This document shows, piece by piece, positions 29,001-38,046 of a DNA stretch of 64,000 bases. The notes below the pieces were generated by a model. That model saw only the letters and a program-made list of their open reading frames with translations. It did no database searches and had not been told where the DNA came from. The first letter of the stretch is position 1, and each line of letters starts with the position of its first letter. The DNA is from an uncultured Dehalococcoidales bacterium (lineage in GTDB: Bacteria; Chloroflexota; Dehalococcoidia; Lucifugimonadales; Lucifugimonadaceae). The stretch covers positions 294 to 64,293 of the forward strand of contig CAZMBB010000005.1 in NCBI GenBank assembly GCA_964564575.1, written 5' to 3'. Position numbers and translations under genes: made by a program.

Positions 29001-29375
29001 GCCGCATTTGGGTACTTCACATACTTAGCCGCCCATGCCTTCCGAACTCGTCGAGAGTCTGCTCTCCTTTCCAGCATGGGCATGAAGGCACGTTCCTTCG
29101 GGACCTTGGTATTGATCGAACACTTGATGGTTGCAGTCCTTGGCATCGGGATCGGCATTGCGAGTGGATGGTATGTGAGTCGCCTCGCGGTCAGCAGTTT
29201 GACGTTTACTCAAACCGGCGGCGACCTCCTTCCCCCGTTCGTGATGCAGACCAACTGGGTTCCGGTGGGCATTCTCGCCGCTGTCATCCTTGGTTCCACA
29301 CTCATTGCGGTCTTCCGCATAATGCGCCAGTACCGCACTTTGCCGATCCACGAACTTACCCGCGACGCCAACTGA
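26085..29375 (+). CDS. giant FtsX/MacB-type ABC transporter permease 1 (two FtsX modules); start uncertain, possibly CTG
   Basis: The track ORF starts at TTG 26208. The in-frame upstream sequence LNFIRFTLRRVSGEATLLIGAFVGSLITATVIAGAPVYLRT encodes the first TM helix and aligns with the N-terminus of the paralog at 29386. CTG 26085 lies 8 nt after AAGGA. Confidence 0.75.
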   Translation: MNFIRFTLRRVSGEATLLIGAFVGSLITATVIAGAPVYLRTLERAGVADTIDAVIPIYQHLQVNTSWLPLEVGKYEDANEAIAASQKEYLDGAITGSAAFIKTRRANWGYEGEGLRRHNEASRAMFLSASDINDRIVYIVGNAPSNLVSFEDDVPTVEASLVWDRASQFDIRVGDIVDTVPEVRGIGLVRARITGIYTLSDPADDYWTGLSDPIIRPRAIVDGRENPIVLLIEESVMLDTIAEANAGLPAEFRWHLFVDSDYFKDLTLNDSITRLADFEDRISLEVTRADVLTVLESRLNSLQRRMLFARIPMLLLAALAITSIAYYLFMVAGIIARRRASETSMLRSRGIAVVQIFRSYAIESVIIAGVPAIIAPLVGIGLVASLGLLPAYRSVSESLFLSVDFAWQSWIWSIGAGLFVFGILLLPAILGTRRGIIDQYQSEARPEQPPFFQRYYLDLIFLAIGSLVWWELTTRGSVIASTREGENSADITLLFAPALFLLVVALLFMRLFPILAQIIAAIGSRFTSAEVTLGLWRLRRSPYWYVWPVLLLVLVSGLGVVSGTLASTLARSTEEQILYESGADFRFVPSFPPSSDVIEQAREVDGVKNATEAFRASGRFGTTSLGFGFNMLAVDSHRFAETAWFREDFSETEFKELTSKIAVEVKPEPIFLPSDTVRLGAWAKSEPRVENLFLWLVIRDAKGRSRTITLGQIESEWQHQTADVSSPFTEPAQLVSVQTFMQSGPDGAVPTSAFFDDVYAENSRGERTILVSFDEFSEWTGMPTSNGLDVIFGIDDEPPGLTVDVPGDRGSSVARVEMDRGNDQGVRGIYRTATGEPLPVIASDAFMFETNTNVGSQFIVQISGGYVPVEIKDTVTYFPTLDPDRAPFLVANVDSTIDFLELRGLTAQRPNELFVAVEPDMHGHVLIELRKLLGFTTYTDRASLLQDSTVDPLVVAGWRGISIVSILMAGVAAAFGYFTYLAAHAFRTRRESALLSSMGMKARSFGTLVLIEHLMVAVLGIGIGIASGWYVSRLAVSSLTFTQTGGDLLPPFVMQTNWVPVGILAAVILGSTLIAVFRIMRQYRTLPIHELTRDAN

Positions 29376-29385
29376 CGTCTAAACG

Positions 29386-32300
29386 ATGCGTAGCACGATA
29401 CAGCTGATGCTCAAGCGAACGATCGCCAACTGGCGATTGCTTTCGGCTGTCATCATCGGGTCCATCCTCGCGGGGACCATCATGTCCGCGACCGTCGTTT
29501 ATTTCGAGTCGTTGCGAGACATAGCCCTGCAGAAGGAACTCGCAGACCAAAACCCGTCGGACCTCGACATGCTCATCGAGGCCGACCAGACTCCAATCAA
29601 CGTCGACACTCACGAAGAGTTGACAACGTCTATGGAAACGCTCTTGCTGAGCCGGGTCGGGAAGTTCACCACCGACTACCAGCGAGCCATGCGTAGCTGG
29701 ACGTTCTTCGTCGATGAACCGCCTGAACTTGTCCCTCTCGGTGAATGTCCCTGCCGTCCGACGGTCGCAGAACCCGATTCATTTAACGAGCGGGAAGAGC
29801 CTCTGATCGAGTGCGACTGTCGCCGCATCCAATGCATGACCGTCCCGGAAGAGGAGCACAGCATCCACTTAATTGCCGGACGGTACCCCGAAATCAATCC
29901 CGAACAGTCGGTGGGATCGGACCTGACTATAGAGGCCCTTCTCGACGCGGATGCCGCCGAGGTTTTCGAACTCGAACTTGGCGACATCATCCCGGCACGC
30001 CCCCATTGGGACGAGCAGAACATCAACGTCAACATCAGACTCACCGGGATTTACGAAAGAGCACACCCCGAAGCGCCCGAATGGCGGATCTTTGATCAGG
30101 CATTCGGTTCACGCAGCAGCACGTTGGAGTTCGCGCAGTTCGTGCTCCCTCAGCAATCGATGCTAGAGGTTTTGGGCGTCTATTTCCCGAACATGGGAGC
30201 CGAATACGCGTGGTTCCTCGATGTAGAGCCGACGACCATCCACGCAACCGATACCCAACTTATTCGTCAGACGCTCGAAATCACCGAAAACGAACTCCGT
30301 TCGCAGGTGGACGGCTTCGTTCTCGACACCGAACTCGACAAGACGCTCCTGCGTTACGAGGTTGAGCTCTTCTTCAACCGCTTGCCGATGTTCATCGTTC
30401 TCATCCTCATCGTGCTCGTGGTTGTCTACTACACGGCAACCCTGGCAGGCCTCCTCATCGAAGCTCAGTCCGCCGATGTTGCGCTCCTAAGGGGACGCGG
30501 CACCACCTCTAAGCAGCTAGTTCTGATGTTTGCCGTCGAGACTCTGATCATCGCGTCCTTCGCGATCGTGGTCGGTCCGTTCTTGGCGACCTGGGGAGTC
30601 TCTTTCCTCGGCACGTTGCCCTTCTTCGGGGAACTTAACGCCGGTGAAGCGTTGCCCACCAACCTCACGCAAAACGTCTACCTCATGGCCGGCATCGGTG
30701 CGATCCTCACGATGATCGCATTGATGATCCCTGCGCTTCGCGTCACCCAGCAAGGAGTATTGGCGGAACGTTCGGGTCGTGGTCGACCCGAACGATTGGC
30801 ATTCATCCAGCGTTACTACTTGGACCTAGGTTTTCTCGCGGTGGTTCTGTTCCTTTTTTGGCAACTGCAACGCCAAGGTTCGTTCGTGGCCACTGATCTC
30901 TTCGGCGAAAACACCGTCAACCAGGCCATATTGGCGGTTCCTGCGCTTTTCCTGGTAGCTGCAGGCATCGTCCTTCTCCGAGTATTCCCGCTGATGATGG
31001 ACGTGCTCGGACGGTTGTTAACAACAGGGCTCGCGTCGCGCGTAATCTCGCCAGCCGTCGTCCTCGGCATCTGGCAGATGGCCCGAAACCCCGCTCACTA
31101 CTCCAGGGTGTCTCTCCTATTGATCCTCACCGCCGGCCTCGGTGTCTTCGCCGCCAGCTTCGCCGCGACTTTAGAGCGTAGCGCCCATGATCAGATCCTC
31201 TACTCGACAGGAGGCGAGATCCGAGTCCCCGGCATTTCGAACCGGCCCGGCGGCAGGTCATTCAATTTGGAAGAAGACCTCCAGGACATCAAAGGCATCG
31301 AAGAAGCTACCACCATATACAGACTCCGGGGCTCGATTACCGCCGGATTCAACTTCGACCAGTTCTCTGTCCTCGCGATCGACCCTGACGAGATCGGCGA
31401 CATCGCGTGGCACCGTCGTGACTTCACGAATAACGGCTACGAGGAGACGTTCCAAGCTATCGCGTTCCACTCTGAAGAAGGTATCCCCCTGCCAGAGGAT
31501 GCTAGGTTCCTGACCGCTCGCGTCAAACCGCTATTCCCGATGCCCGAAGTGCGCTTCGTCGCGCGTTTGAGCGATGTCAACGACCGTTTCTACAGCATCG
31601 ATCTTGGCATGCTCTTGCCAGAAGCGCGTTCTCGCCAGAGATTCCCTTGTGCGCTTGAATATGCTGACCCTGAAAACGACGAGTTGCCGCTTCCGACTTG
31701 GTGCCGCATCGGAGCATCTCTCCAACCAGCACCTTTCGGGCGAGAGCGGGTCCTACTGCCATTAGGCCCCCTCAAGCTCCACTCCATCGGGGTCTCGACG
31801 TTCGACGGCTCGCTCCGCAGCGGCGCGGTGGACATCGACGATATCTCGACCATCAGCAACGATGGCACGAAGATGTACCGTATCGAGTTCTTCGACGGCG
31901 AATCCGACTACAACTGGAATCTGATGCGTCCCACTCAAGAAGCCTTTGCCGACACCTTCGACCCATCACCACTCCCTGCAGAAGAGGCCGAAAACCCCGG
32001 CATCATGCGCCTCCGCTGGGCAGCAGGACAGCTCAACGAGTTCCGCGGCATATCTTCGGGCAACACTATCGAAAACATACCCGTCCTAGCTAGCGAAACC
32101 CTTCTCGACAGGATTGGAGCCAGAGTCGGCGAGACCATCAACGTTGCCATCGACAACGAGAGGACCACGATAGATGTCGTCGGCATCGTCGATTACTTCC
32201 CGACGCTCAATCCCGAGGAAAGCAGCTTCGTCATCATGGACTTCGATGCTGCGCACAACCTCGTAAACGCACGTCGCCACAGCGGAGAACGGATCCCCAA

Positions 32301-32931
32301 CGAGGCGTGGTTGAAGACCGAAGCCGGCACCCCGTCCATCGAAGAACTCGAGATGCTCAAGGACGAAGCCGGCGGAGCCAGATTGCGTTACACAGCAACG
32401 TCGTCGGTTGAACGCAACATCGATCTCCTCCGATTGCGATCCGGTCCTATCAATGATCGCCTCAGCCTGTTGGCAAACGTCAGCGTTGATCCGTTGGTAT
32501 CGGAAGGATGGAGAGCACTCTTAGGCGTCGCGTTCGTAACCGTCCTCATCGTCAGCGCAATCGGGTTCGTCGTACATACACGAGTGGCGTTCCGACGGCG
32601 CTTGGCGGAGTTCGGCCTGCTCAGGACTATCGGACTTTCGATGCGTCAACTCCTGTTGCTAATCCTCCTTGAGCAAGTCATCGTCGTGGGCGTCGCCGTA
32701 GCCATTGGAATCTTCATGGGAACACGTCTAGGCGACACAATCATTCCCTACCTAGCACGCTCTGGGCAAGACGCCAACGTGGTGCCCCCGATGACGCTTG
32801 AAATATACTGGACTGGGTTCGCGACAACCTTCGGACTGCTCGCAATCGTCTTCGCAGTCGTCATCGCAATCAGCCTCGTTTCCGTCTACAACATGGCCAT
32901 CCACCGCGTCATGCGCATGGGAGAAGGATAA
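29386..32931 (+). CDS. giant FtsX/MacB-type ABC transporter permease 2 (paralog of permease 1)
   Basis: 1181 aa. It shares blocks with permease 1 (QRYYLD..FLA, LFAPALFLL/LAVPALFLV, ILY.SG) and has large predicted extracytoplasmic inserts. Confidence 0.8.
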   Translation: MRSTIQLMLKRTIANWRLLSAVIIGSILAGTIMSATVVYFESLRDIALQKELADQNPSDLDMLIEADQTPINVDTHEELTTSMETLLLSRVGKFTTDYQRAMRSWTFFVDEPPELVPLGECPCRPTVAEPDSFNEREEPLIECDCRRIQCMTVPEEEHSIHLIAGRYPEINPEQSVGSDLTIEALLDADAAEVFELELGDIIPARPHWDEQNINVNIRLTGIYERAHPEAPEWRIFDQAFGSRSSTLEFAQFVLPQQSMLEVLGVYFPNMGAEYAWFLDVEPTTIHATDTQLIRQTLEITENELRSQVDGFVLDTELDKTLLRYEVELFFNRLPMFIVLILIVLVVVYYTATLAGLLIEAQSADVALLRGRGTTSKQLVLMFAVETLIIASFAIVVGPFLATWGVSFLGTLPFFGELNAGEALPTNLTQNVYLMAGIGAILTMIALMIPALRVTQQGVLAERSGRGRPERLAFIQRYYLDLGFLAVVLFLFWQLQRQGSFVATDLFGENTVNQAILAVPALFLVAAGIVLLRVFPLMMDVLGRLLTTGLASRVISPAVVLGIWQMARNPAHYSRVSLLLILTAGLGVFAASFAATLERSAHDQILYSTGGEIRVPGISNRPGGRSFNLEEDLQDIKGIEEATTIYRLRGSITAGFNFDQFSVLAIDPDEIGDIAWHRRDFTNNGYEETFQAIAFHSEEGIPLPEDARFLTARVKPLFPMPEVRFVARLSDVNDRFYSIDLGMLLPEARSRQRFPCALEYADPENDELPLPTWCRIGASLQPAPFGRERVLLPLGPLKLHSIGVSTFDGSLRSGAVDIDDISTISNDGTKMYRIEFFDGESDYNWNLMRPTQEAFADTFDPSPLPAEEAENPGIMRLRWAAGQLNEFRGISSGNTIENIPVLASETLLDRIGARVGETINVAIDNERTTIDVVGIVDYFPTLNPEESSFVIMDFDAAHNLVNARRHSGERIPNEAWLKTEAGTPSIEELEMLKDEAGGARLRYTATSSVERNIDLLRLRSGPINDRLSLLANVSVDPLVSEGWRALLGVAFVTVLIVSAIGFVVHTRVAFRRRLAEFGLLRTIGLSMRQLLLLILLEQVIVVGVAVAIGIFMGTRLGDTIIPYLARSGQDANVVPPMTLEIYWTGFATTFGLLAIVFAVVIAISLVSVYNMAIHRVMRMGEG

Positions 32932-32985
32932 GCGCTCCTAAATGACCGCCAAACATAGGTCGAAACACATCTGGAGAGACACAAC

Positions 32986-33864
32986 TTGGAAGCATTAGAT
33001 CGCGAATACATCATCTGCAGCGGCCTATACAAGATCTACAAGGCCGCTGGTTTAGAAGTTGTCGCCCTGCGTGGACTGGAGCTTACCGTCTATGAAGGTG
33101 AAATCATCGCCATCGTCGGCGCATCTGGATCCGGCAAGTCGACCCTGCTAAACATCCTCGCCGGATATGACGCACCGTCCGCCGGCACCGCTCGCGTAGG
33201 GGATTACGACCTCCTCAACATGACCAATCAGGAGATCGTCGACTATCGTCGGCACGAAGTAGGCTTCATCTGGCAGGAAACTTCACGCAACCTTTTCCCC
33301 TACCTCAGCGCCGCCGAGAACGTCGAACTCCCTATGGTTCTGACCGGGGTGCAACAACAGGAACGCACCGACCGCGCTAAGGAGTTACTTGAGATTGTCG
33401 GGCTTGGACACCGTCTAGGACACAAACCAGAGCAACTCTCCGGCGGTGAGCAACAACGCGTAGCCATTGCCGTCAGCCTCGCCAATCAACCGCCATTGCT
33501 CCTCGCAGACGAGCCCACGGGCGAACTCGACGATCTCACCGGTCAAGAAATCCTTGATCTCTTCAACGAAGTCAACCAGCAACTCGGCACCACCATTGTC
33601 ATCGTCACGCACGATCCCGCAGTCGCCACCAGCGTTGGCCGCGCCATCACCATCCGCGATGGAAAGACAAGCACTGAGACCACTCGCAAAATCTCATTCC
33701 AACGCCGCGTCGGTGGATCCGCCTCCGATACTGAAGAGTTTCTCATCGTCGACTCCACTGGTGCCGTCCAGATTCCACGAGACATGCTTGACCAACTCGA
33801 CATCAATCGCCGCGTCCGAGTTGCCGTCAACGAAGGAAAGGTGACGCTTGAATCAGGAGAATGA
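32986..33864 (+). CDS. ABC transporter ATP-binding protein (MacB/LolD-like) with about 60-aa C-terminal extension
   Basis: Has Walker A GASGSGKST, signature LSGGEQQR and Walker B LLLADEPT, plus an extra tail ...[41 protein letters not shown]. Confidence 0.9.
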   Translation: MEALDREYIICSGLYKIYKAAGLEVVALRGLELTVYEGEIIAIVGASGSGKSTLLNILAGYDAPSAGTARVGDYDLLNMTNQEIVDYRRHEVGFIWQETSRNLFPYLSAAENVELPMVLTGVQQQERTDRAKELLEIVGLGHRLGHKPEQLSGGEQQRVAIAVSLANQPPLLLADEPTGELDDLTGQEILDLFNEVNQQLGTTIVIVTHDPAVATSVGRAITIRDGKTSTETTRKISFQRRVGGSASDTEEFLIVDSTGAVQIPRDMLDQLDINRRVRVAVNEGKVTLESGE

Positions 33865-34567
33865 ACAGACCAACGGCGCCCCAACCATCGAGGCCGTCGA
33901 AGTAACTCGCACCTTCCAACTCGCTGGGGAAGACGTCACCGCGGTCAAGCAACTTACCTTCAACGTTCACCATGGACAGTTCGTCGCCCTGGTAGGACGC
34001 TCTGGATCTGGCAAGACGACGCTGCTCAACCTGCTCGCTGGCCTCGATCATCCGACTACAGGCAAGGTGCTGTTTGAAGGCCGCGACATGGCGCAATTCA
34101 CCGAACGCGACTTCATCGAACTCCGTCGCAACCGCATCGGAGTCGTCTTTCAGTCATTCGCGCTTCTACCTCTTCTATCCGCTTACGAAAACGTCGAACT
34201 CCCCATGCGTATCGCCGGTCTGTCCGCACGCGAACGCTCCGAACGCACCAACGACGCCCTCGAGATGGTCGGCCTTTCCCGACGCGCCCGCCATCGCCCA
34301 TACGAACTCTCTGGCGGTGAGCAGCAGCGCGTATCCATCGCCCGAGCCGTCGCTATGCGGCCTGACATTGTCCTCGCCGACGAACCTACCGGCGAACTCG
34401 ACTCCAACAACGCCCAATCGATCTTCGGCCTCTTCAGAGAAATGGTCACTGATCAAGGCATGTCTGTAGTCGCCACAACGCATGATCACACTCTCCTAGA
34501 CATGGCCGACCGTATCTATACCATGCAGGACGGCGAAATGGAACTTACTGAGGATAGGTTGATCTAA
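33848..34567 (+). CDS. ABC transporter ATP-binding protein (MacB/LolD-like)
   Basis: Contains [17 protein letters not shown] and [11 protein letters not shown]. The TTG start overlaps the preceding gene. Confidence 0.9.
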   Translation: MNQENEQTNGAPTIEAVEVTRTFQLAGEDVTAVKQLTFNVHHGQFVALVGRSGSGKTTLLNLLAGLDHPTTGKVLFEGRDMAQFTERDFIELRRNRIGVVFQSFALLPLLSAYENVELPMRIAGLSARERSERTNDALEMVGLSRRARHRPYELSGGEQQRVSIARAVAMRPDIVLADEPTGELDSNNAQSIFGLFREMVTDQGMSVVATTHDHTLLDMADRIYTMQDGEMELTEDRLI

Positions 34568-34571
34568 TTTC

Positions 34572-36755
34572 TCACCCAACCTTCGCCCGCAACAGCGCCA
34601 TCAGCATCTCTCTCAACGAACGCGGCGACGCCACCGCAACCTTGGCCGCCGAACTGCCTGAACCGATCTTCACGGTGTGGACGTTGGGCCCGACATGCAC
34701 GAAAAGGTCTTCGTCCGTTCTGTCATCGCCCGTCGCCATCTCGAAGTCGAACGGTCCGAATTTTTCAATCACTAAGTCATAGGCTCGAGCCTTTGTAAGG
34801 CCCTGTTGTCGTATCTCTACCACCTTCGAGCCATGAAGCACCTGTACGGGCTGTCCGCGTAAGGTGTTCTCCAATACTGACACCAGCTCCAGCGCCTGCC
34901 AGTTGCCTAATGACTCCTCAGTCTGCCGATAATGCCACGCCAGCGCCGTCTCCTTTTCCTCGATGCGAGATCCAGGCGTTCGACCTACGTAGTCCTCCAA
35001 CAACGCCACCACATCAGGCTTCCAACTGGTGTCCAGCACTCCCAACAACCGCCATTCCTGTTCGCCAACAGCCTTCATCCAGGCACCATGCTCCGCAATC
35101 AAATCGATCGGGCATTCGTTGAACCATTCGCCGAGAGTCTGGTGGTCCCGGCCACTGTTGATGAATACCTTCACGTCATCCCGTTGTCCATACTCGTGAA
35201 GGATTTCCAAAATCTCGTCGGTTGGGACCGCATCCTCGTAACGGTCGCAGAACTCGCGCAACGAACCATCGTAATCAAGCATCACAAGGGAAGCGTCGGC
35301 CGTTTTGAAGTCGTTGGCAAGGGACTCGGCCAAGACCGAAGACTGCAACATCGGCGGTGAGCTAGTCTGCGCTGCTTCAGTCGCCTCGAGTGACGACATG
35401 AAATCGTTAACCCACCGATGCACATCGTTCTGCAGAATCCGACTGAACATCGGCATCATCCGCTCATTGCGCTCACCCAGACTCATCTCTAAAGCACGTT
35501 CCAACTGATCGGCCGTGCCCTCAATGTCCCAAGGATTAACCCTTAACGCTTCGCCCAACTCGCTAACCGCACCGGCAAACTCGCTGATCACCAACGCACC
35601 GCCACCATCTTCCCGACAGACCACGTACTCCTTTGCCACCAAGTTCAATCCATCACGAATCGGCGATACAAAGCAGACGTCCGCAATCCGGTACAAGGCC
35701 CCTAACTCCTCTTGAGTCACGGTTTGATATAAGTAGTTGATTGGGCTTCTCAATGGCGATCCGTGGATCCCATTGATCTCGCTGACCAGTCGCTCCACCT
35801 CATTCTTCAAGTCCTGATATGTGTCAATCCCAGACCGGGTTGGCACCGCCAACTGCATGAACAACACCCGCTCCGCCCACCGTGGCGACCGTTCCAGCAA
35901 TCGCTCGAACGCCTGAAGCTTCAGCAATAAGCCCTTCGTGTAGTCAAGACGATCGACTCCCAAGATCACCTGCCTATCTCCGATCGTCCGCTTCAACTGC
36001 GTCAAAAACCGCTCAGCGTTCTCCGAATACGCTTTTTCGCGAAACTCGTCGGTGTCGATACCCAACGGATGCACCTCGACACGCACATTATGATCCCGCA
36101 TCCTCACCGTACCAGCCTGCGACTCGATACCTAATATCCGCCTAACGCTGCGCAGGTAGTTGTATGTGTAGTCGTAGGTGTGCATCCCGATAAGATCAGC
36201 GCCTAGCAGACCGCGTAATATCTCTACTCGCTGCGGCAAGATGCGGAACGTCTCGTCTGCGGGGAATGGAATGTGAAGGAAGAAACCGATCCGGCAATCC
36301 AATCCCCGATCCCGCAGCATCCTCGGTAAAAGCATCAAATGATAGTCATGCACCCACACCGCATCGCCGGGTTCCGCGATTTCACAAACCACGTCGGCAA
36401 ACCGTTGATTGACCCGCCGATACGCCTCAAACTGTTCCGGCACGAATGAACCGAACTCTGTGAAATAGTGGAACAAGGGCCAAATCGCATCGTTCGAATA
36501 GCCTTCGTAGTAATCGTCGTAATCTTGCGGATCGAGATCTACGGGCACAAGATTGCTCTCTGCCAGCAGGCTGCGTATCTCGTCGCTCGGATCGGCGCCC
36601 GGATACCCGACCCACAAACCGCCGGAACTCTCATGCAACGGCCTCAATCCCGTCACCAATCCACCTACGCTATGCGCCAACGTCTGTTCGCCTGTTGAGG
36701 GATCGACGCCGATCGTCACAGGCAGGCGGTTCGATACCAGAATGGGGCGTCTCAT
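34572..36755 (-). CDS. bifunctional trehalose-6-phosphate synthase / trehalose-6-phosphate phosphatase (OtsA-OtsB fusion)
   Basis: The N-terminal GT20 pattern is ILVSNRLP...VWVHDYHLMLLP...VSPIRDGLNLVAKEY. The C-terminal HAD part has LVMLDYDGSL and TGDDRTDEDLF. Confidence 0.9.
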   Translation of the reverse strand: MRRPILVSNRLPVTIGVDPSTGEQTLAHSVGGLVTGLRPLHESSGGLWVGYPGADPSDEIRSLLAESNLVPVDLDPQDYDDYYEGYSNDAIWPLFHYFTEFGSFVPEQFEAYRRVNQRFADVVCEIAEPGDAVWVHDYHLMLLPRMLRDRGLDCRIGFFLHIPFPADETFRILPQRVEILRGLLGADLIGMHTYDYTYNYLRSVRRILGIESQAGTVRMRDHNVRVEVHPLGIDTDEFREKAYSENAERFLTQLKRTIGDRQVILGVDRLDYTKGLLLKLQAFERLLERSPRWAERVLFMQLAVPTRSGIDTYQDLKNEVERLVSEINGIHGSPLRSPINYLYQTVTQEELGALYRIADVCFVSPIRDGLNLVAKEYVVCREDGGGALVISEFAGAVSELGEALRVNPWDIEGTADQLERALEMSLGERNERMMPMFSRILQNDVHRWVNDFMSSLEATEAAQTSSPPMLQSSVLAESLANDFKTADASLVMLDYDGSLREFCDRYEDAVPTDEILEILHEYGQRDDVKVFINSGRDHQTLGEWFNECPIDLIAEHGAWMKAVGEQEWRLLGVLDTSWKPDVVALLEDYVGRTPGSRIEEKETALAWHYRQTEESLGNWQALELVSVLENTLRGQPVQVLHGSKVVEIRQQGLTKARAYDLVIEKFGPFDFEMATGDDRTDEDLFVHVGPNVHTVKIGSGSSAAKVAVASPRSLREMLMALLRAKVG

Positions 36756-36811
36756 CTGCTACTCTCCACTATCTCTCACCTCCATAGAGACATAGTATCG
36801 CTAATGTCCGA

Positions 36812-37075
36812 TCATCCACCTGAAATCGCCGGCACGAAATGAACCTCTGTGTCGGGCTCCAAAGGCTGCAACAATCCCTGCCGAGTCGCAGCATGACCCA
36901 CTACTGCTGCCAACCCCGGTTTCAATCTGCCATCCTGAAGCAGATGCTCCGATATACCGGGACACATCTCCTCCAAGTTCTTCACCATCTCTCCCAGCGT
37001 TGCTCCCGCAACATCCAACTCGCCCTTGCCGCCGGCGTAGCGGCGCAACTCATACGGTAAAAACACCTTCGCCAT
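36812..37075 (-). CDS. MoaD/ThiS family sulfur-carrier protein (C-terminal GG)
   Basis: 87 aa from ATG 37075, ending ...VHFVPAISGG. GGGAGG lies upstream. Confidence 0.6.
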   Translation of the reverse strand: MAKVFLPYELRRYAGGKGELDVAGATLGEMVKNLEEMCPGISEHLLQDGRLKPGLAAVVGHAATRQGLLQPLEPDTEVHFVPAISGG

Positions 37076-37360
37076 ACTGTGCAACCCTCCCGGCTTGGAC
37101 TTTTTTCAAGGTGAGCAAAGATTGAATCCACTCAGATTCATTCTGAACGCTCGTGTAACGAGGATACTACCCGCAAGTTAAGAGACTGTTTCATTAGCCG
37201 TCACGTCCAGCTAAAATGATCCTACGGGAATCGCTTGAAATTTGTTATCCGTGCCAAAATTCGGCGGAATCTTCATCGGCCAACGAACCACGCGTAAGTT
37301 AATTCAAGAACCATATCTACAAAGTATCGACATATTACATACCTAGCGTTTCCAGTTTCG

Positions 37361-37394
37361 CATACGGAATGTCACAGCATACGGAATGTCACAG
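37361..37394 (+). repeat. perfect 17-bp tandem duplication (catacggaatgtcacag x2)
   Basis: Read directly. Unit 1 is 37361-37377 and unit 2 is 37378-37394. It lies in a roughly 400-bp AT-rich divergent intergenic region. Confidence 0.9.
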
Positions 37395-37478
37395 AAAATA
37401 GACCGACATGCAACGCATGAAAAGTTATAGAGTAGAAGTCTGAAAGATCATCAAGACAATGATGAGGAGATACAACGT

Positions 37479-37874
37479 TTGAATAGAACACCAATCAACC
37501 CATGGCCCTGGTCGCTGAATCTCGGTTATAACCAAGCCGAATTACTCGACGGATCTAGTAGACAACTGTTCTGTGCAGGTCAAACCTCGGTTGATGCCGA
37601 AGGCAACCCGCAGCACGCCGGGGACATGCGGGGCCAAATAGCGCTCGCCCTCGACAACCTCGAAGCTGTCCTGAGCGCGGCTGACATGAGTCTCGCCAAT
37701 ATAATACGTCTCAACATTTATGCTACGGATGTTGACGAAGCCCTAAAGAACTTCGACCTTCTCGGCGCCCGATTTGGACCGCTTAACGTCGCCCCTCCAA
37801 TGACACTGCTCGGTGTCACTCGACTCGCCATCCCCCCACTCATGTTCGAGATCGAGGCTACCGCCGTCGCGTGA
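37479..37874 (+). CDS. RidA/YjgF family protein
   Basis: 131 aa with ...LFCAGQTSVDAEGNP...NIIRLNIYATD...TLLGVTRLA...FEIEATA. Confidence 0.8.
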   Translation: MNRTPINPWPWSLNLGYNQAELLDGSSRQLFCAGQTSVDAEGNPQHAGDMRGQIALALDNLEAVLSAADMSLANIIRLNIYATDVDEALKNFDLLGARFGPLNVAPPMTLLGVTRLAIPPLMFEIEATAVA

Positions 37875-38046
37875 ACTGAAATCCACTCAACTGGTTAGAT
37901 GCACGAGGCGAAGACCGGGCGCAGCGCGACCGGCAAGACGGTCATGGACGGGGGCGGGATGCGCGCCTCCTGTCAATTCGCGGCGAATACCTTCGCCGCG
38001 AATTGATTGGTCACCCCTGCAAACTAGTCACCAGTGAACCGGGGAA

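Noticed and set aside
37361-37394. Possible CRISPR-like or minisatellite array
   Set aside because: There are only two abutting 17-bp units and no spacers. I report it simply as a tandem duplication.
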